Assembly (NCBI GenBank): GCA_044356455.1
Contig: JBIKWF010000064.1
Coordinates: forward strand, 1-24,213
From: Bdellovibrionota bacterium
Lineage (GTDB): Bacteria; Bdellovibrionota_C; UBA2361; JBGSMV01
Length of the DNA stretch: 24,213 bases
Direction: 5' to 3'
The stretch's first letter is position 1. The number at the start of each line of letters is the position of its first letter. Position numbers and translations under genes: made by a program. Below, piece by piece: positions 1 to 8,834 of this stretch. Below the pieces are notes generated by a model. It saw nothing but the letters and a program-made list of their open reading frames with translations, had not been told where the DNA came from and searched no databases.

Positions 1-992
1 ATCTCCGTCTCTGCCCCTACAATTTTCCCCAAAAGCGCTATCCTATCTGAGAACCCCTTACTTCTCGCCACCGCAATAGCCGCATCATCTCTAATGGTCT
101 CAAAGGGGAAACTCAGATATTGCAGCATAAAAGTGCCGAACGAGCGCTTCCCCGTGACAGGTGACGGGGTCTTAAAACACTCAAAAGTCGAGAGAGCCTT
201 CTCGTCAACGGGAGTAAACAGATAACTTCGCACTCGGTGGTAGATATGAATCGCTTCGGCATTCCCTTCTAAGGCTCGAAGGGGGCTAGGATCAAAAGAA
301 GTGCCGTCTAATATACTCTGGATTCCGGCAACCATGTGGGGCCGCATGCCGTCAGGCTTTCTAAGCGCAAGAAGCTCTGACTCAGAAACTACTCGGCATA
401 AGAAATGAATTTCAATCTGCTGAAGTATTCCTTCAGCCGTGACCAGGGACTCATCAGCCAAGATCCTTTCTCGCACCACATCCTTCACCGCCTTCCAGAC
501 CATAAATGAAGGATTGGAGAGCGAAAGATCGCCTTCGAAGCGATTGGTTGATCCAAGAACCTCGCGCACGAAGCTATTTTCACTAGGAGAGAGCTGCTCG
601 AGAACTCCCCAGCCTTCAAGCGCCTCTAACGTAAGCTCTCCGAGAGAGGGGGACTCCCTTAACGTATCTAAATCGAGAGCGCCTTCCTGGATGCGCCCCA
701 CCCAGGCGCCCGCAAGACAGAACTGCAGCAAGGGGCGCATGGCCTCTGGAATTTCATGGTCAGAAGCAATCCTCTCGGCATCACGCTGCATGTCATGCAT
801 GCGCTGCACCATACGAAGTCCAAAGCGATGCCCAGGCCAGCGCGCTTCCGTTGTTTCTGCCGTCTCCCTTGCCCGGGCCAGCAGCAGCTCCAGTGGAGTT
901 CGCGACACTTGAGGTCCTGGAGCTTGAGGTAGATGAATTCCAAGCGCAGTGGAAGACGAAGTGGCGTGAGTATGACCGAGAGCCATGTTCAT
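1..992 (-). CDS. Hypothetical protein resembling a degenerate HD-domain protein (3' end runs off the window)
   Basis: Manual translation from the ATG at 992 gives an open frame of 330 codons to the window edge (MNMALGHTHA...AERIASDHEIPEAMRPLLQFCLAGAWVGRIQEG...KRSFGTFMLQYLSFPFE...). It is absent from the ORF track because it has no stop in the window. The layout resembles HDIGR-type HD proteins but the metal ligands are missing. Confidence 0.75.
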   Translation of the reverse strand, partial: MNMALGHTHATSSSTALGIHLPQAPGPQVSRTPLELLLARARETAETTEARWPGHRFGLRMVQRMHDMQRDAERIASDHEIPEAMRPLLQFCLAGAWVGRIQEGALDLDTLRESPSLGELTLEALEGWGVLEQLSPSENSFVREVLGSTNRFEGDLSLSNPSFMVWKAVKDVVRERILADESLVTAEGILQQIEIHFLCRVVSESELLALRKPDGMRPHMVAGIQSILDGTSFDPSPLRALEGNAEAIHIYHRVRSYLFTPVDEKALSTFECFKTPSPVTGKRSFGTFMLQYLSFPFETIRDDAAIAVARSKGFSDRIALLGKIVGAETE

Positions 993-999
993 TGGGGCG

Positions 1000-1005
1000 A
1001 TTATA
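1000..1005 (-). promoter_or_regulatory. Putative sigma70 -10 box (TATAAT) 7 nt upstream of the ATG at 992
   Basis: The minus strand reads ttggcTATAATcgcccca-ATG, with no SD sequence between the box and the start codon. Confidence 0.5.
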
Positions 1006-1120
1006 GCCAATACCCTCCCGTTAACCGCAATTAGTCTTTCTGCACCTATGCCCTTTTCTCCTTGATGACCCTGTTTCAACCACAGAGACCAGTAAAGGAA
1101 TGTACAGGCGGAGCTACTAG

Positions 1121-1247
1121 GGGACCTCCGAAAAACTTCGCTATTTTATTCTTTCTCTCTGTGAACTCTGTGCCCTCTGTGGTTTTTTACAATTTAAATC
1201 AACCACAGAGGGCACAGAGTTCACAGAGAGGATTTTTTAGAGCTTCC
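1121..1247. mobile_element. MITE-like element, copy A
   Basis: Left end GGGACCTCCGAAAAAC; right end (revcomp) GGAAGCTCTAAAAAAT; flanks CTAG/CCAG. Contains a perfect 30-bp inverted repeat at 1155-1184 and 1201-1230. Confidence 0.7.
1155..1230. repeat. Perfect 30-bp inverted repeat built of 9-bp units, 16-nt loop
   Basis: ctctctgtgaactctgtgccctctgtggtt ... aaccacagagggcacagagttcacagagag; the units are ctctgtgaa, ctctgtgcc and ctctgtggt. Confidence 0.95.
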
Positions 1248-1341
1248 CCAGGAAACTTTTGATTGAAATACCCGATGATTTCCCTAACTACGCTGAGCAC
1301 TGCCCTCGTTCTCCGCTCAACAAGATTCTGCTATAGGAAAA

Positions 1342-3072
1342 GTGATGTACTCCCTTAGGCCTTACCAACAACAAGCCGTCGAGGCCACACTCTCGCACTT
1401 TCGAAAGTCGCGCTCGCCCGCGGTGCTTGTCTTACCGACTGGTGCGGGGAAGAGTCTCGTTATTGCTGAGCTTGCTAAAATTGCCCGCGGAAGAGTACTG
1501 GTCCTCGCTCACGTAAAAGAGCTTGTCGAGCAGAACTATACAAAATTTAGAGCCTACGGACTCGAGGCTGGCATCTATTCGGCAGGGCTGAATCAAAAAG
1601 ACAGCAGCGACAAAGTCATCTTTGGCAGCATCCAATCCGTGGCGCGCGCCTCAGACGGGTTCTTCAAAGACTTCTCCCTGCTTGTGATTGATGAATGTCA
1701 CCGCGTATCCGGAGACGACGGAACCCAGTATACAACCGTAGTAGAAAAAATCCTGACTGGCAGCCCTCAGCTTTGCATCTTGGGACTCACCGCGACACCT
1801 TATCGACTCGATAGCGGCTGGATTTATAACTACAACTATCAAGGCTTTCTGCGCTCAACCGAGCCACGCCTCTTTCGCAAATGCATCTACGACCTAACCC
1901 TAAAGGAGATGATCGCGGCCGGATACTTGACCCAGCCCGTACAAATCGATGCTCCCGTCGCGAGTTATGACTTCTCGAGTCTTAAGCTTCGAGCTGGGAA
2001 AGAGCGCTTCAGTCTCGAAGAAATAGAAGCGATCCTTAAGGACCAGAGCCGTATCACGCCGGTCATTATCGAAAATATTGTTGAAATGGCGAAAGAGCGG
2101 CGTGGAGTAATTATCTTCACCGCCTCCGTGAGGCATGCCGGCGAAATCCTGCGGCTTCTTCCCGAAGGAGACGCCGCGTTAGTGGTCGGAGATACCCCGA
2201 GCGACGAACGTGACGCGGTAATTGAGCGCTTTAAGGCCAGAAAAATCAAATTTCTGGTTAATGTATCAGTGCTGACCACCGGGTTTGACGCGCCGCATGT
2301 AGATTTGATTGCAATTCTCCGCCCTACTGAATCCGTAAGCCTCTATCAACAGATCGTGGGCCGAGGCCTCAGGCTCTATGAGGGCAAAGCTGACTGCCTC
2401 ATCCTCGACTACACCGGCGTCCCTCACGATATTTTTAGTCCTCAAATTCACGAGCGAAAACCGACAGAAGACTCAGTCGCGGTGAAAGTAGCCTGCCCTG
2501 AATGCGACCACGAAAATTTCTTTTGGGGAATTGTCGATAGCAACGGTCAAGTAGTCGAACATTTCGGCAAGAAATGCTGCGGCGCGCACGAAAGTACCGA
2601 GAGCGGAGAACTTGTGCCATGCGGATTTCGCTACCGCTCTAAGAATTGCGATCGCTGCGGCACGGAGAACGACCTCGACGCGACTCGCTGCACCGGGTGC
2701 TCAAAGATATTCACCGATGATGAGGCGAAACTCAAAGCAGCCCTCGGGGAAAAGAACACCCATGTCATGCAGCCTGATTCCATGACATTTGAGAAGAAAA
2801 TCGACAAATCGGGTCAGGAACGACTGGAGATCCGGTACTATGACCTGAATGCTCAGTCACTGAGTGAGGTATACTTCTTCTCTTCCCCGCAAGACTCAAA
2901 GGTTTTCCATTATAATTTTCTTCGAATGCACTACCGCTTACCGGGGAGGAAACTTGAGGTGAAGAATATTGAAGACGCGCTTCGGCTAAAAAGCGCGTTT
3001 CGCCTTCCCCTATTTATCATTGCGCGGAAGCAAGAACGCTATTGGAAGATTAGGGAAAAGATCTTCTTGTGA
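1342..3072 (+). CDS. radD: DNA repair helicase RadD (YejH), SF2 DEAD/DEAH-box with C-terminal Zn-binding Cys clusters
   Basis: Motifs LRPYQ, LPTGAGKS (Walker A), IDECH, GLTATPYR, VLTTGFDAP and QIVGRGLR; C-terminal CPEC...CGFRYRSKNCDRCGTEND...RCTGC as in YejH. The start may be GTG 1342 or ATG 1345. Confidence 0.93.
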   Translation: MMYSLRPYQQQAVEATLSHFRKSRSPAVLVLPTGAGKSLVIAELAKIARGRVLVLAHVKELVEQNYTKFRAYGLEAGIYSAGLNQKDSSDKVIFGSIQSVARASDGFFKDFSLLVIDECHRVSGDDGTQYTTVVEKILTGSPQLCILGLTATPYRLDSGWIYNYNYQGFLRSTEPRLFRKCIYDLTLKEMIAAGYLTQPVQIDAPVASYDFSSLKLRAGKERFSLEEIEAILKDQSRITPVIIENIVEMAKERRGVIIFTASVRHAGEILRLLPEGDAALVVGDTPSDERDAVIERFKARKIKFLVNVSVLTTGFDAPHVDLIAILRPTESVSLYQQIVGRGLRLYEGKADCLILDYTGVPHDIFSPQIHERKPTEDSVAVKVACPECDHENFFWGIVDSNGQVVEHFGKKCCGAHESTESGELVPCGFRYRSKNCDRCGTENDLDATRCTGCSKIFTDDEAKLKAALGEKNTHVMQPDSMTFEKKIDKSGQERLEIRYYDLNAQSLSEVYFFSSPQDSKVFHYNFLRMHYRLPGRKLEVKNIEDALRLKSAFRLPLFIIARKQERYWKIREKIFL

Positions 3073-3109
3073 TGAAGCGGTAAACCCTTTTAACGGGCAG
3101 GACTTCTAG

Positions 3110-3466
3110 GCAGCCTTTGAAAAACTAGTTCTCCGCGTTAAATAAAGAATCTCGACTTACCCATGTTAACCATATAGGTAGGGCGCCCTGTCCTCAGGGT
3201 GCCGCAAGATCTCGCATACTGGCACAGGCGGAACGGCGCGCCTAAATCGGAAATTTTCGATTTCTTCCGTGTTCCCTGCGCTCCCGTCTCCGCCAAAGCT
3301 TCGTCGAGGCATCACTGAAGTTAGGCTCGCCGCAGCCTAAAAGGTGCAAGCGGCTTCGTGCCCTTCGCGTCCTTGGCGTTATCCTGCAATACATCGCGCA
3401 CCCGCAGAGCTTGGGTTTAACGCGAAGGACGCGAAGAGCACGAAGGAATAATTTTTCAGCGGTTCC
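3110..3466. mobile_element. MITE-like element, copy B (composite, carries a REP-like sequence and the nested module)
   Basis: Left end GCAGCCTTTGAAAAAC; right end (revcomp) GGAACCGCTGAAAAAT; flanks CTAG/CTGG. The internal 28-bp inverted repeat at 3354-3381 and 3418-3445 is made of 9-bp units. Confidence 0.7.
3178..3204 (+). repeat. GTAG-type REP-like palindrome
   Basis: GTAG followed directly by the stem-loop GGCGCCCTG-tcct-CAGGGTGCC. A decayed inverted partner may lie at 3220-3245. Confidence 0.55.
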
Positions 3467-3506
3467 CTGGGAATAAGCAGGAGATCAAGGCTGGCCTATG
3501 CCCTCG

Positions 3507-3902
3507 CTACGCGGCTCCTCCCCAGGGATCTACGAATCGTGGAGCCTTCTTCCGCTCGGCTTCGCTTCCAGGCACAATTGCGTGCGCATGCGGCTCTGGC
3601 CGTGTTAAAAGGCCCCCAAAGTTCTGAACATAGCGATACCCAAACTCCCTAGCTAATGGAAGTTCTCTCGCGAACGCATTCAAAATAGTGAAACACTCCA
3701 CCTGCTCTTCAGGAGTCAAAGCAGACGCGTTCGGGAAGGTAATTAAAAGATGTAGCCCGTCTACCACTGCGGATTTCGCGCTAAACTTTATCTCGTAGCG
3801 TTGTCCACTCGAAAGAGTCCCGTCGGCGATAACTCCGGTAAAACCGGACACCCTCAATGCAACAAGATCGCCTTCTTTTTGAACTATGGGGCCAGTAAAC
3901 AT
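3507..3902 (-). CDS. Divergent HIT-fold protein
   Basis: HLLITFP, GYRYVQNFG and EPHAHAI occur in HIT-family order (HxLxxP...GYRxxxNxG...HxHxH, with the first His replaced by Glu). RBS GGGAG upstream. Confidence 0.65.
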   Translation of the reverse strand: MFTGPIVQKEGDLVALRVSGFTGVIADGTLSSGQRYEIKFSAKSAVVDGLHLLITFPNASALTPEEQVECFTILNAFARELPLAREFGYRYVQNFGGLLTRPEPHAHAIVPGSEAERKKAPRFVDPWGGAA

Positions 3903-4081
3903 ATCGCTCCCTAAAGTTTCGCGTCAGCAAAACTATCAGAAAAGATGGCAAGCTAGTCAAATTCGGCCGCTTATCGCTTACGCGTATCGGAGCGAAACCG
4001 GCATCGACTTGGCAAGTACCTCTATACTCTCACGCTTTCGCCTGCGGTGGGCGTAAGTTGCTAAATGTCCTTCTTCGCAAA

Positions 4082-4492
4082 CTATTTCTCGGTTAGTTTT
4101 GCGAATAAGATCTCCGGATCAGAATTAGACCTCACAAAGAAATGATAGCGTGCTCCCGGCTTCAGATCGTGCTCAATACCAGAACCATTCTTAAGAGGGC
4201 AAACTCGAGTGGTCCCACGAAGATGCGCCTTAAGGTCTTCATAGGTAGTTCGCAGTTCGCCCAACTTAAGTTCTCCGCGCTCAACCGATTCGACCCTCAC
4301 TCGGTATTCGTAATCCTCCCCCCGAAACGAAGTACGAAGATGCGCTGCTGAAATTATAACCACGGTTGCAACTATACCCGCCTCAGCTTGCAACTCCGCA
4401 GGACTTCGCCACCCAATTTGGCAAGCATCCGCTTCTGCCAAGGAGGCCCCAAGTACAAAAGCAATAACGATGACCCTAAATAGTTTTGACAT
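4082..4492 (-). CDS. Secreted hypothetical protein, possibly TIMP/NTR-like OB-fold
   Basis: The signal peptide ends in AEA-DAC, followed by a beta-rich body, a second Cys (RVCP) and an LKPGARYHFF motif. Confidence 0.65.
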   Translation of the reverse strand: MSKLFRVIVIAFVLGASLAEADACQIGWRSPAELQAEAGIVATVVIISAAHLRTSFRGEDYEYRVRVESVERGELKLGELRTTYEDLKAHLRGTTRVCPLKNGSGIEHDLKPGARYHFFVRSNSDPEILFAKLTEK

Positions 4493-4631
4493 ATAAAGGC
4501 CTAGATTGAATTTGGGCGACCGAAGGGCGCCTCAAGCTCTGCAAACTTAGTTCCTGCAAATCACAAAAATGAAGGGTGCCCGAGGCTCTTTCTCTGTTCT
4601 CGCTATCCTACTTAATTGATACGCTATCACA

Positions 4632-6395
4632 ATGAACAGATTCTCCTCTGCACGCGCACTTCTCATCACGGTAGCTCTCCTCGCTCAACCTGGGACCCTC
4701 TACGCCCTTGGGGGCGACAACTCTGACCCAACGAATCAAATTGACTCTGGCACACAAGACTGCCAAGCCGATCTTTTTACCGCCACTCGCGCCTATATTA
4801 ATGCACGCGTCAACGCTTTCGCGACCTGCGTGAATGCATTTCTCGACTGCGAGAGTTCATCGACCACCCCCCTCGCGCAGGCGTGCCGCGCAGCCCTCCT
4901 TGAGGAGAACGTGGGAGCATGCGCAAAAGGGGTACTCGACACCGGTATTGAAACCATGGGAAACACCGCTGCCGCCATTACCGGGTTTCCATCGCAGGCG
5001 CTTAATCACGCTCATGAGCAATTTGTCTCCACTATTCTCTCCAATTGCTTCGGCATGAGTAATCCTCTGGACGCGAGCTCCAATGGCTTAGGGTTTGCAC
5101 AAGGAGCGAGTGACAGCGATGTGTTTACTGATTTTGTGACAAAAATCCCCTCTGGCATGGGGTGCGAGGCCAATGCCGCGGTACGCACCGCGGCTCCCCT
5201 CATCGATGAAATAGCAGAACGTTTAAAGACCTTTGACAATAAATGCATTGCGGTCAGTGGCGGAGCAACTCTCTATGCTGATTGCTCAGTGAACAGTGAC
5301 TGCGGAGTAACAAGTGGCAAATGCGGCAAGCTCGCGTTTGCTTTTAAAAACGGCGGCGAGTACGGCTTTCCAAGCTGCATAGAATCTTGCGACGCAGGTT
5401 TCTATTTGAGTGAGGACAGACTTACCTGTACGCCATGCGATGTGGGGAACTATAACAACACCGCAAATGCCTCAAGCTGCACTCCTTGCGCAGCAGGCTC
5501 CTATGCGACTACAACCGGCTCGTCTCAGTGCACCCCATGTGCACGGGGCTATGCCCAGCCGAACCCTCAGCAACCTTCCTGTACACCTTGCGCCGCAGGC
5601 ACCGCTCAAACCCAAATCGGACAGTCCACCTGCGACCAATGTACCGCTGGTACCTATAGCGGAGTGGCAGCAGTAGCATGCCTTGATTGCCCAGTAGGAA
5701 CCTTCTCCGCACCAGGAGAAGGGAGCTGCACGGCCTGCGCTGCTGGCTCCTATGCGGCAAGCCCAGCCTCCTCCTCTTGTGCCTCATGTCCCCTTGGCAC
5801 GTTTGCGGAAGACTCCGGCCGCAAAGCCTGCAGCCCCTGCGCTCCGGGCTCAATTGCAGCAAGCGAGGGCTTAACGACCTGCACAGCCTGCGCCGCGGGC
5901 ACCTATGCCGCAGAACCGCAAAGTTCAAGCTGCACGCCCTGCGCTGCCGGAAGTTACTCTGCGGTAGCCGGCGCAAGGTCGTGCACCCCCTCTCCTGCCG
6001 GATCTTTCGTTTCCCAACCAGGACAAAGTGCAGTGACGCCATGCGAACCAGGCACTCATGCCGCTAATGCTCAGAGCTCGAGCTGCTCACCTTGCACCGC
6101 GGGAACGTTCTCTGAGATTGAGGGCGCAATAAACTGCGCGCTTGCCCCGGCCGGTTCCTTTGTCTCCGAGGTTGGGCAAAGCGCAGTGACCCCCTGCGAG
6201 CCAGGGACGTATAGCTCAGACCCTGGGGCTACCTCATGCGCCCAGTGCAGCAAGGGTACCTACGCACCAGCAAGAGGCTCTCTTGCGTGCGTAACCTGTC
6301 CCAAAGGCACTATCGCCGCAAAAGCCGGAGCCGTAGCATGCAGAGTATGTGCGAGCGGGAAATCCAACCGCGCGAGGACCAAGTGTACGAAGTAG
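4632..6395 (+). CDS. Secreted cysteine-rich repeat protein (GCC2/GCC3, ephrin-receptor-like/TNFR-like repeats)
   Basis: N-terminal signal peptide (LYA-L). The C-terminal ~330 aa consist of about 19-20 17-residue CxxCxxG(T/S)(Y/F) repeats. Confidence 0.88.
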   Translation: MNRFSSARALLITVALLAQPGTLYALGGDNSDPTNQIDSGTQDCQADLFTATRAYINARVNAFATCVNAFLDCESSSTTPLAQACRAALLEENVGACAKGVLDTGIETMGNTAAAITGFPSQALNHAHEQFVSTILSNCFGMSNPLDASSNGLGFAQGASDSDVFTDFVTKIPSGMGCEANAAVRTAAPLIDEIAERLKTFDNKCIAVSGGATLYADCSVNSDCGVTSGKCGKLAFAFKNGGEYGFPSCIESCDAGFYLSEDRLTCTPCDVGNYNNTANASSCTPCAAGSYATTTGSSQCTPCARGYAQPNPQQPSCTPCAAGTAQTQIGQSTCDQCTAGTYSGVAAVACLDCPVGTFSAPGEGSCTACAAGSYAASPASSSCASCPLGTFAEDSGRKACSPCAPGSIAASEGLTTCTACAAGTYAAEPQSSSCTPCAAGSYSAVAGARSCTPSPAGSFVSQPGQSAVTPCEPGTHAANAQSSSCSPCTAGTFSEIEGAINCALAPAGSFVSEVGQSAVTPCEPGTYSSDPGATSCAQCSKGTYAPARGSLACVTCPKGTIAAKAGAVACRVCASGKSNRARTKCTK

Positions 6396-6441
6396 CTCCT
6401 GGCTCCTCCTCTTTTTATAAGTGCCTTTGCGCAGTCATGGC

Positions 6442-6469
6442 GTTGAACGAATCCGCGCATTCGTTCAAC
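6442..6469. terminator. Perfect 11-bp hairpin downstream of the Cys-rich gene (possible terminator or stabiliser)
   Basis: gttgaacgaat-ccgcgc-attcgttcaac, followed by only a weak U-tract. Confidence 0.4.
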
Positions 6470-6584
6470 AACTTGCTTGTCTGTGGGATATCAAGCGGAG
6501 CGGAGAAAAATGGCTCTACAAGATCTCCCAGGCGGTCTGACATGATAGGAGCGCGTCGTACTCTTAGATTTATTAGGTCGGCCA

Positions 6585-7655
6585 ATGAATAGTACTCGCT
6601 TCTTTTCTTGCCAGAGGATCGTAGTCGGGATGATCCTCTTGATGTCCAGCGCCTGTTCGCCGATTAAGCGCGAAATCTTCGTACATGATGAGACAGGTCG
6701 TCCCGTCAAGGGTGCGCTTGCAATTTCGGAGCTGCGCCCGACAGGATTCATGAATATAAGCAGTTTACCGATTGGCACAACTCTCAGCGTGACAGACGAT
6801 CATGGCCGCGCGATGGTTTCGGGGAGTACGAGTATCCTCGCTCCAGGCTTTCATCCGGTCATTCAGGAAGGGTACGGAGGATTCGAGCGCCTATTTCCTC
6901 CAGTAAAATCTTTTAGAAACTCTATTAACTCTCTTGAATCAGCGGTACATCCGCCGTCTCCCCCATGGGCCGATGGAGCCGCGTTCTCTCTCTTCTCTCG
7001 AGAAAAGTATTCGGCAGGCAGTCGAACGTCCCCCCTGACTCAGGGCCCCTTCGTCACCATTGTCGGGCATAAGAGCGCCACAGGTGACAACCTCGCGACA
7101 TATCGCTTTCTCGCGTGCCCATCGGCGTCACTGAATATAGTCTTCCATTTTGATCAGGAACCATCCTCTGACCCGAAAAGCATGATGCGTGCGCGACGCC
7201 GCTCATTCGAGGTCACTTCTTCTTTGTCCAATCTTCAGGAGTCAAAGAGGTTCTTCTTTGAGAAACCGGCAAAGAGCGGCTGGGGCGATAAAATCTTAAA
7301 TACGCCGTACTTTTTTTGTCGTAAGTCGAACGATGAAGTTTATAAAATAATGATAACAGGGGTAACGATTGAAGGCATGGTAACCTGCCCGAACTCGGAC
7401 GGTACGCAGCTCCCGTGTATAACCATTTCAGAAGTCTCTCGCCGTCTTTCCGATTCCGAAGAAGCTTTTCAGCCAGTCCCTCCACCTGCGAACCTGATTA
7501 CTGAATTCCTCACCCAAGAATGGAAAGAAAGGCGTACTGTTGAACTATATAGTCCCAAGGAAGAGGTAGCGAGAGCTCTTAAATTACATCTCTTAGACCT
7601 TGGTGCGGAAGCAAGCGAAATAGATCGAGTGATCAGAATGTTAGCGGCAGCCTAA
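6585..7655 (+). CDS. Putative lipoprotein of unknown function
   Basis: 356-aa ORF with a hydrophobic N-terminus and lipobox-like SSA-C. The following segment VHDETGRPVKGA...TDDHGRA resembles a carboxypeptidase-regulatory/Ig-like domain. Confidence 0.7.
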   Translation: MNSTRFFSCQRIVVGMILLMSSACSPIKREIFVHDETGRPVKGALAISELRPTGFMNISSLPIGTTLSVTDDHGRAMVSGSTSILAPGFHPVIQEGYGGFERLFPPVKSFRNSINSLESAVHPPSPPWADGAAFSLFSREKYSAGSRTSPLTQGPFVTIVGHKSATGDNLATYRFLACPSASLNIVFHFDQEPSSDPKSMMRARRRSFEVTSSLSNLQESKRFFFEKPAKSGWGDKILNTPYFFCRKSNDEVYKIMITGVTIEGMVTCPNSDGTQLPCITISEVSRRLSDSEEAFQPVPPPANLITEFLTQEWKERRTVELYSPKEEVARALKLHLLDLGAEASEIDRVIRMLAAA

Positions 7656-7769
7656 TTTCACTGTCGCGGAGCCCCCACACCCGCACATTTTTTCAGAGAC
7701 CCCCACTCTTTTTCAGAGGCTATGCGCAGTGGATGCACTTCGGCCCTCTGCGAGGCGCCGAATCGCCTA

Positions 7770-8261
7770 CTATCTCTCCTCAACTGAATACATTCCCCGC
7801 AGTAAAGGAGCAGCAATTGCCGAGAGCCGAAGATACTCGTCCCAGCGCCTCAACTCGGCTTCATACTCAATTCTTCTCGTAGCCAAATTTTTGCCAGGGA
7901 GGTCATAGTGCGGCTCAATTGGCAAGTTCGGACAACCAGTCAGGACATGTGCCCAGTGAGAGGTGCAAGCTGGCGGAGCGAATTCATGCTCAAAAAGCAC
8001 CTGAACCCAACGAACAAAGTCCTGAATGTTCTTGTGTTCCTCCTCAGTCAATATCTCCCCTGCCGCGAAGCGTTTCCACAGCACACAGGCCTCCTCGAGG
8101 CGCACCGGTGCGCCTTGCGGATATTCTTGGCGAATTCTCTCTAGCGCCAGTAAAGACAAATGAGAGGTTCCACTTGAATCGATTGGTGCGTGCAAGTCGA
8201 ACGCGCCCCGCGGGTCAGGTTGCTCGGGCCTATGAGAATTTGCAAATCCTACCATCGTCAA
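7770..8261 (-). CDS. Hypothetical protein
   Basis: 163-aa ORF, co-oriented with its neighbours and protein-like in composition; no recognisable motif. Confidence 0.55.
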   Translation of the reverse strand: MTMVGFANSHRPEQPDPRGAFDLHAPIDSSGTSHLSLLALERIRQEYPQGAPVRLEEACVLWKRFAAGEILTEEEHKNIQDFVRWVQVLFEHEFAPPACTSHWAHVLTGCPNLPIEPHYDLPGKNLATRRIEYEAELRRWDEYLRLSAIAAPLLRGMYSVEER

Positions 8262-8387
8262 ATACCTTCATTAGATTCACTTTCTGAATAGTTGTCAGGC
8301 TAGTCAACGCCCAGAAGGCGGTAGCACATCGCGATCGATGGGAGCACCTGGTTCTTCGGGATTTGCGGTGGGCGAACATCACACGCA

Positions 8388-8834
8388 CTACTTAAATAAA
8401 CTAAACTTCTTGGTAAACTCCTTAAGCACGACCGTTTCCCCAAACAAGCATACCCCGAAGTACTCAAGTTCCTCCTCCCTCTTAGCTTGAGTGGCAGCAA
8501 GCTGATCGGCAGAAGTCCCAACAATCATGGTTTGAGTGAAATCAGTGTACGGAATATTCCGCACAATCGCTTCTTGGCGAACTTTCCGAAGCTGATTTGA
8601 GTTCTCAGCCTTCAGCACAATGAACGGAAAGTGTGAAATATTGGGGTGTATTCCATTACTGCCATCGACATAACGAAGAAAACACAGTTCGCGCTGATCG
8701 GGGAACAGTCTCACTAAACCCGCAGTCATGTGACCGAGCGCATTCAGCAATCGGCCCATTTCAATCTTCTCATTAAGGATTGCAACGAAGCGTTTCGAAC
8801 TTTCGTCCGGCAATCCTGATAACTGGCTGTCCAT
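8388..8834 (-). CDS. DUF2000 family protein (peptidyl-tRNA hydrolase 2-like fold)
   Basis: KRFVAILNEKIEMGRLLNALGHM...YVDGSNGIHPNISHFPFIVLKA...LEYFGVCLFG...FTKKFSLF. Start placed at ATG 8834 (GGAG RBS) rather than 8897. Confidence 0.85.
   Translation of the reverse strand: MDSQLSGLPDESSKRFVAILNEKIEMGRLLNALGHMTAGLVRLFPDQRELCFLRYVDGSNGIHPNISHFPFIVLKAENSNQLRKVRQEAIVRNIPYTDFTQTMIVGTSADQLAATQAKREEELEYFGVCLFGETVVLKEFTKKFSLFK

Noticed and set aside
439..943. 157-aa (+) and 91-aa (-) ORFs
   Set aside because: They are shadow frames of the longer minus-strand ORF at 1-992.
1155..1230. Possible CRISPR array
   Set aside because: The repeats are inverted arms made of 9-bp units, not direct repeats with unique spacers, and no cas genes are present in the window.
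1062..1262. 66-aa ORF on the + strand
   Set aside because: It lies across MITE copy A, and its SVNSVPSVV/QRAQSSQR pattern is simply the translation of the 9-bp repeats.
5380..6395. Possible multiheme cytochrome or ferredoxin
   Set aside because: The CxxC motifs are followed by A/P/T/E rather than His, and there is no CxxCxxCxxxC pattern.
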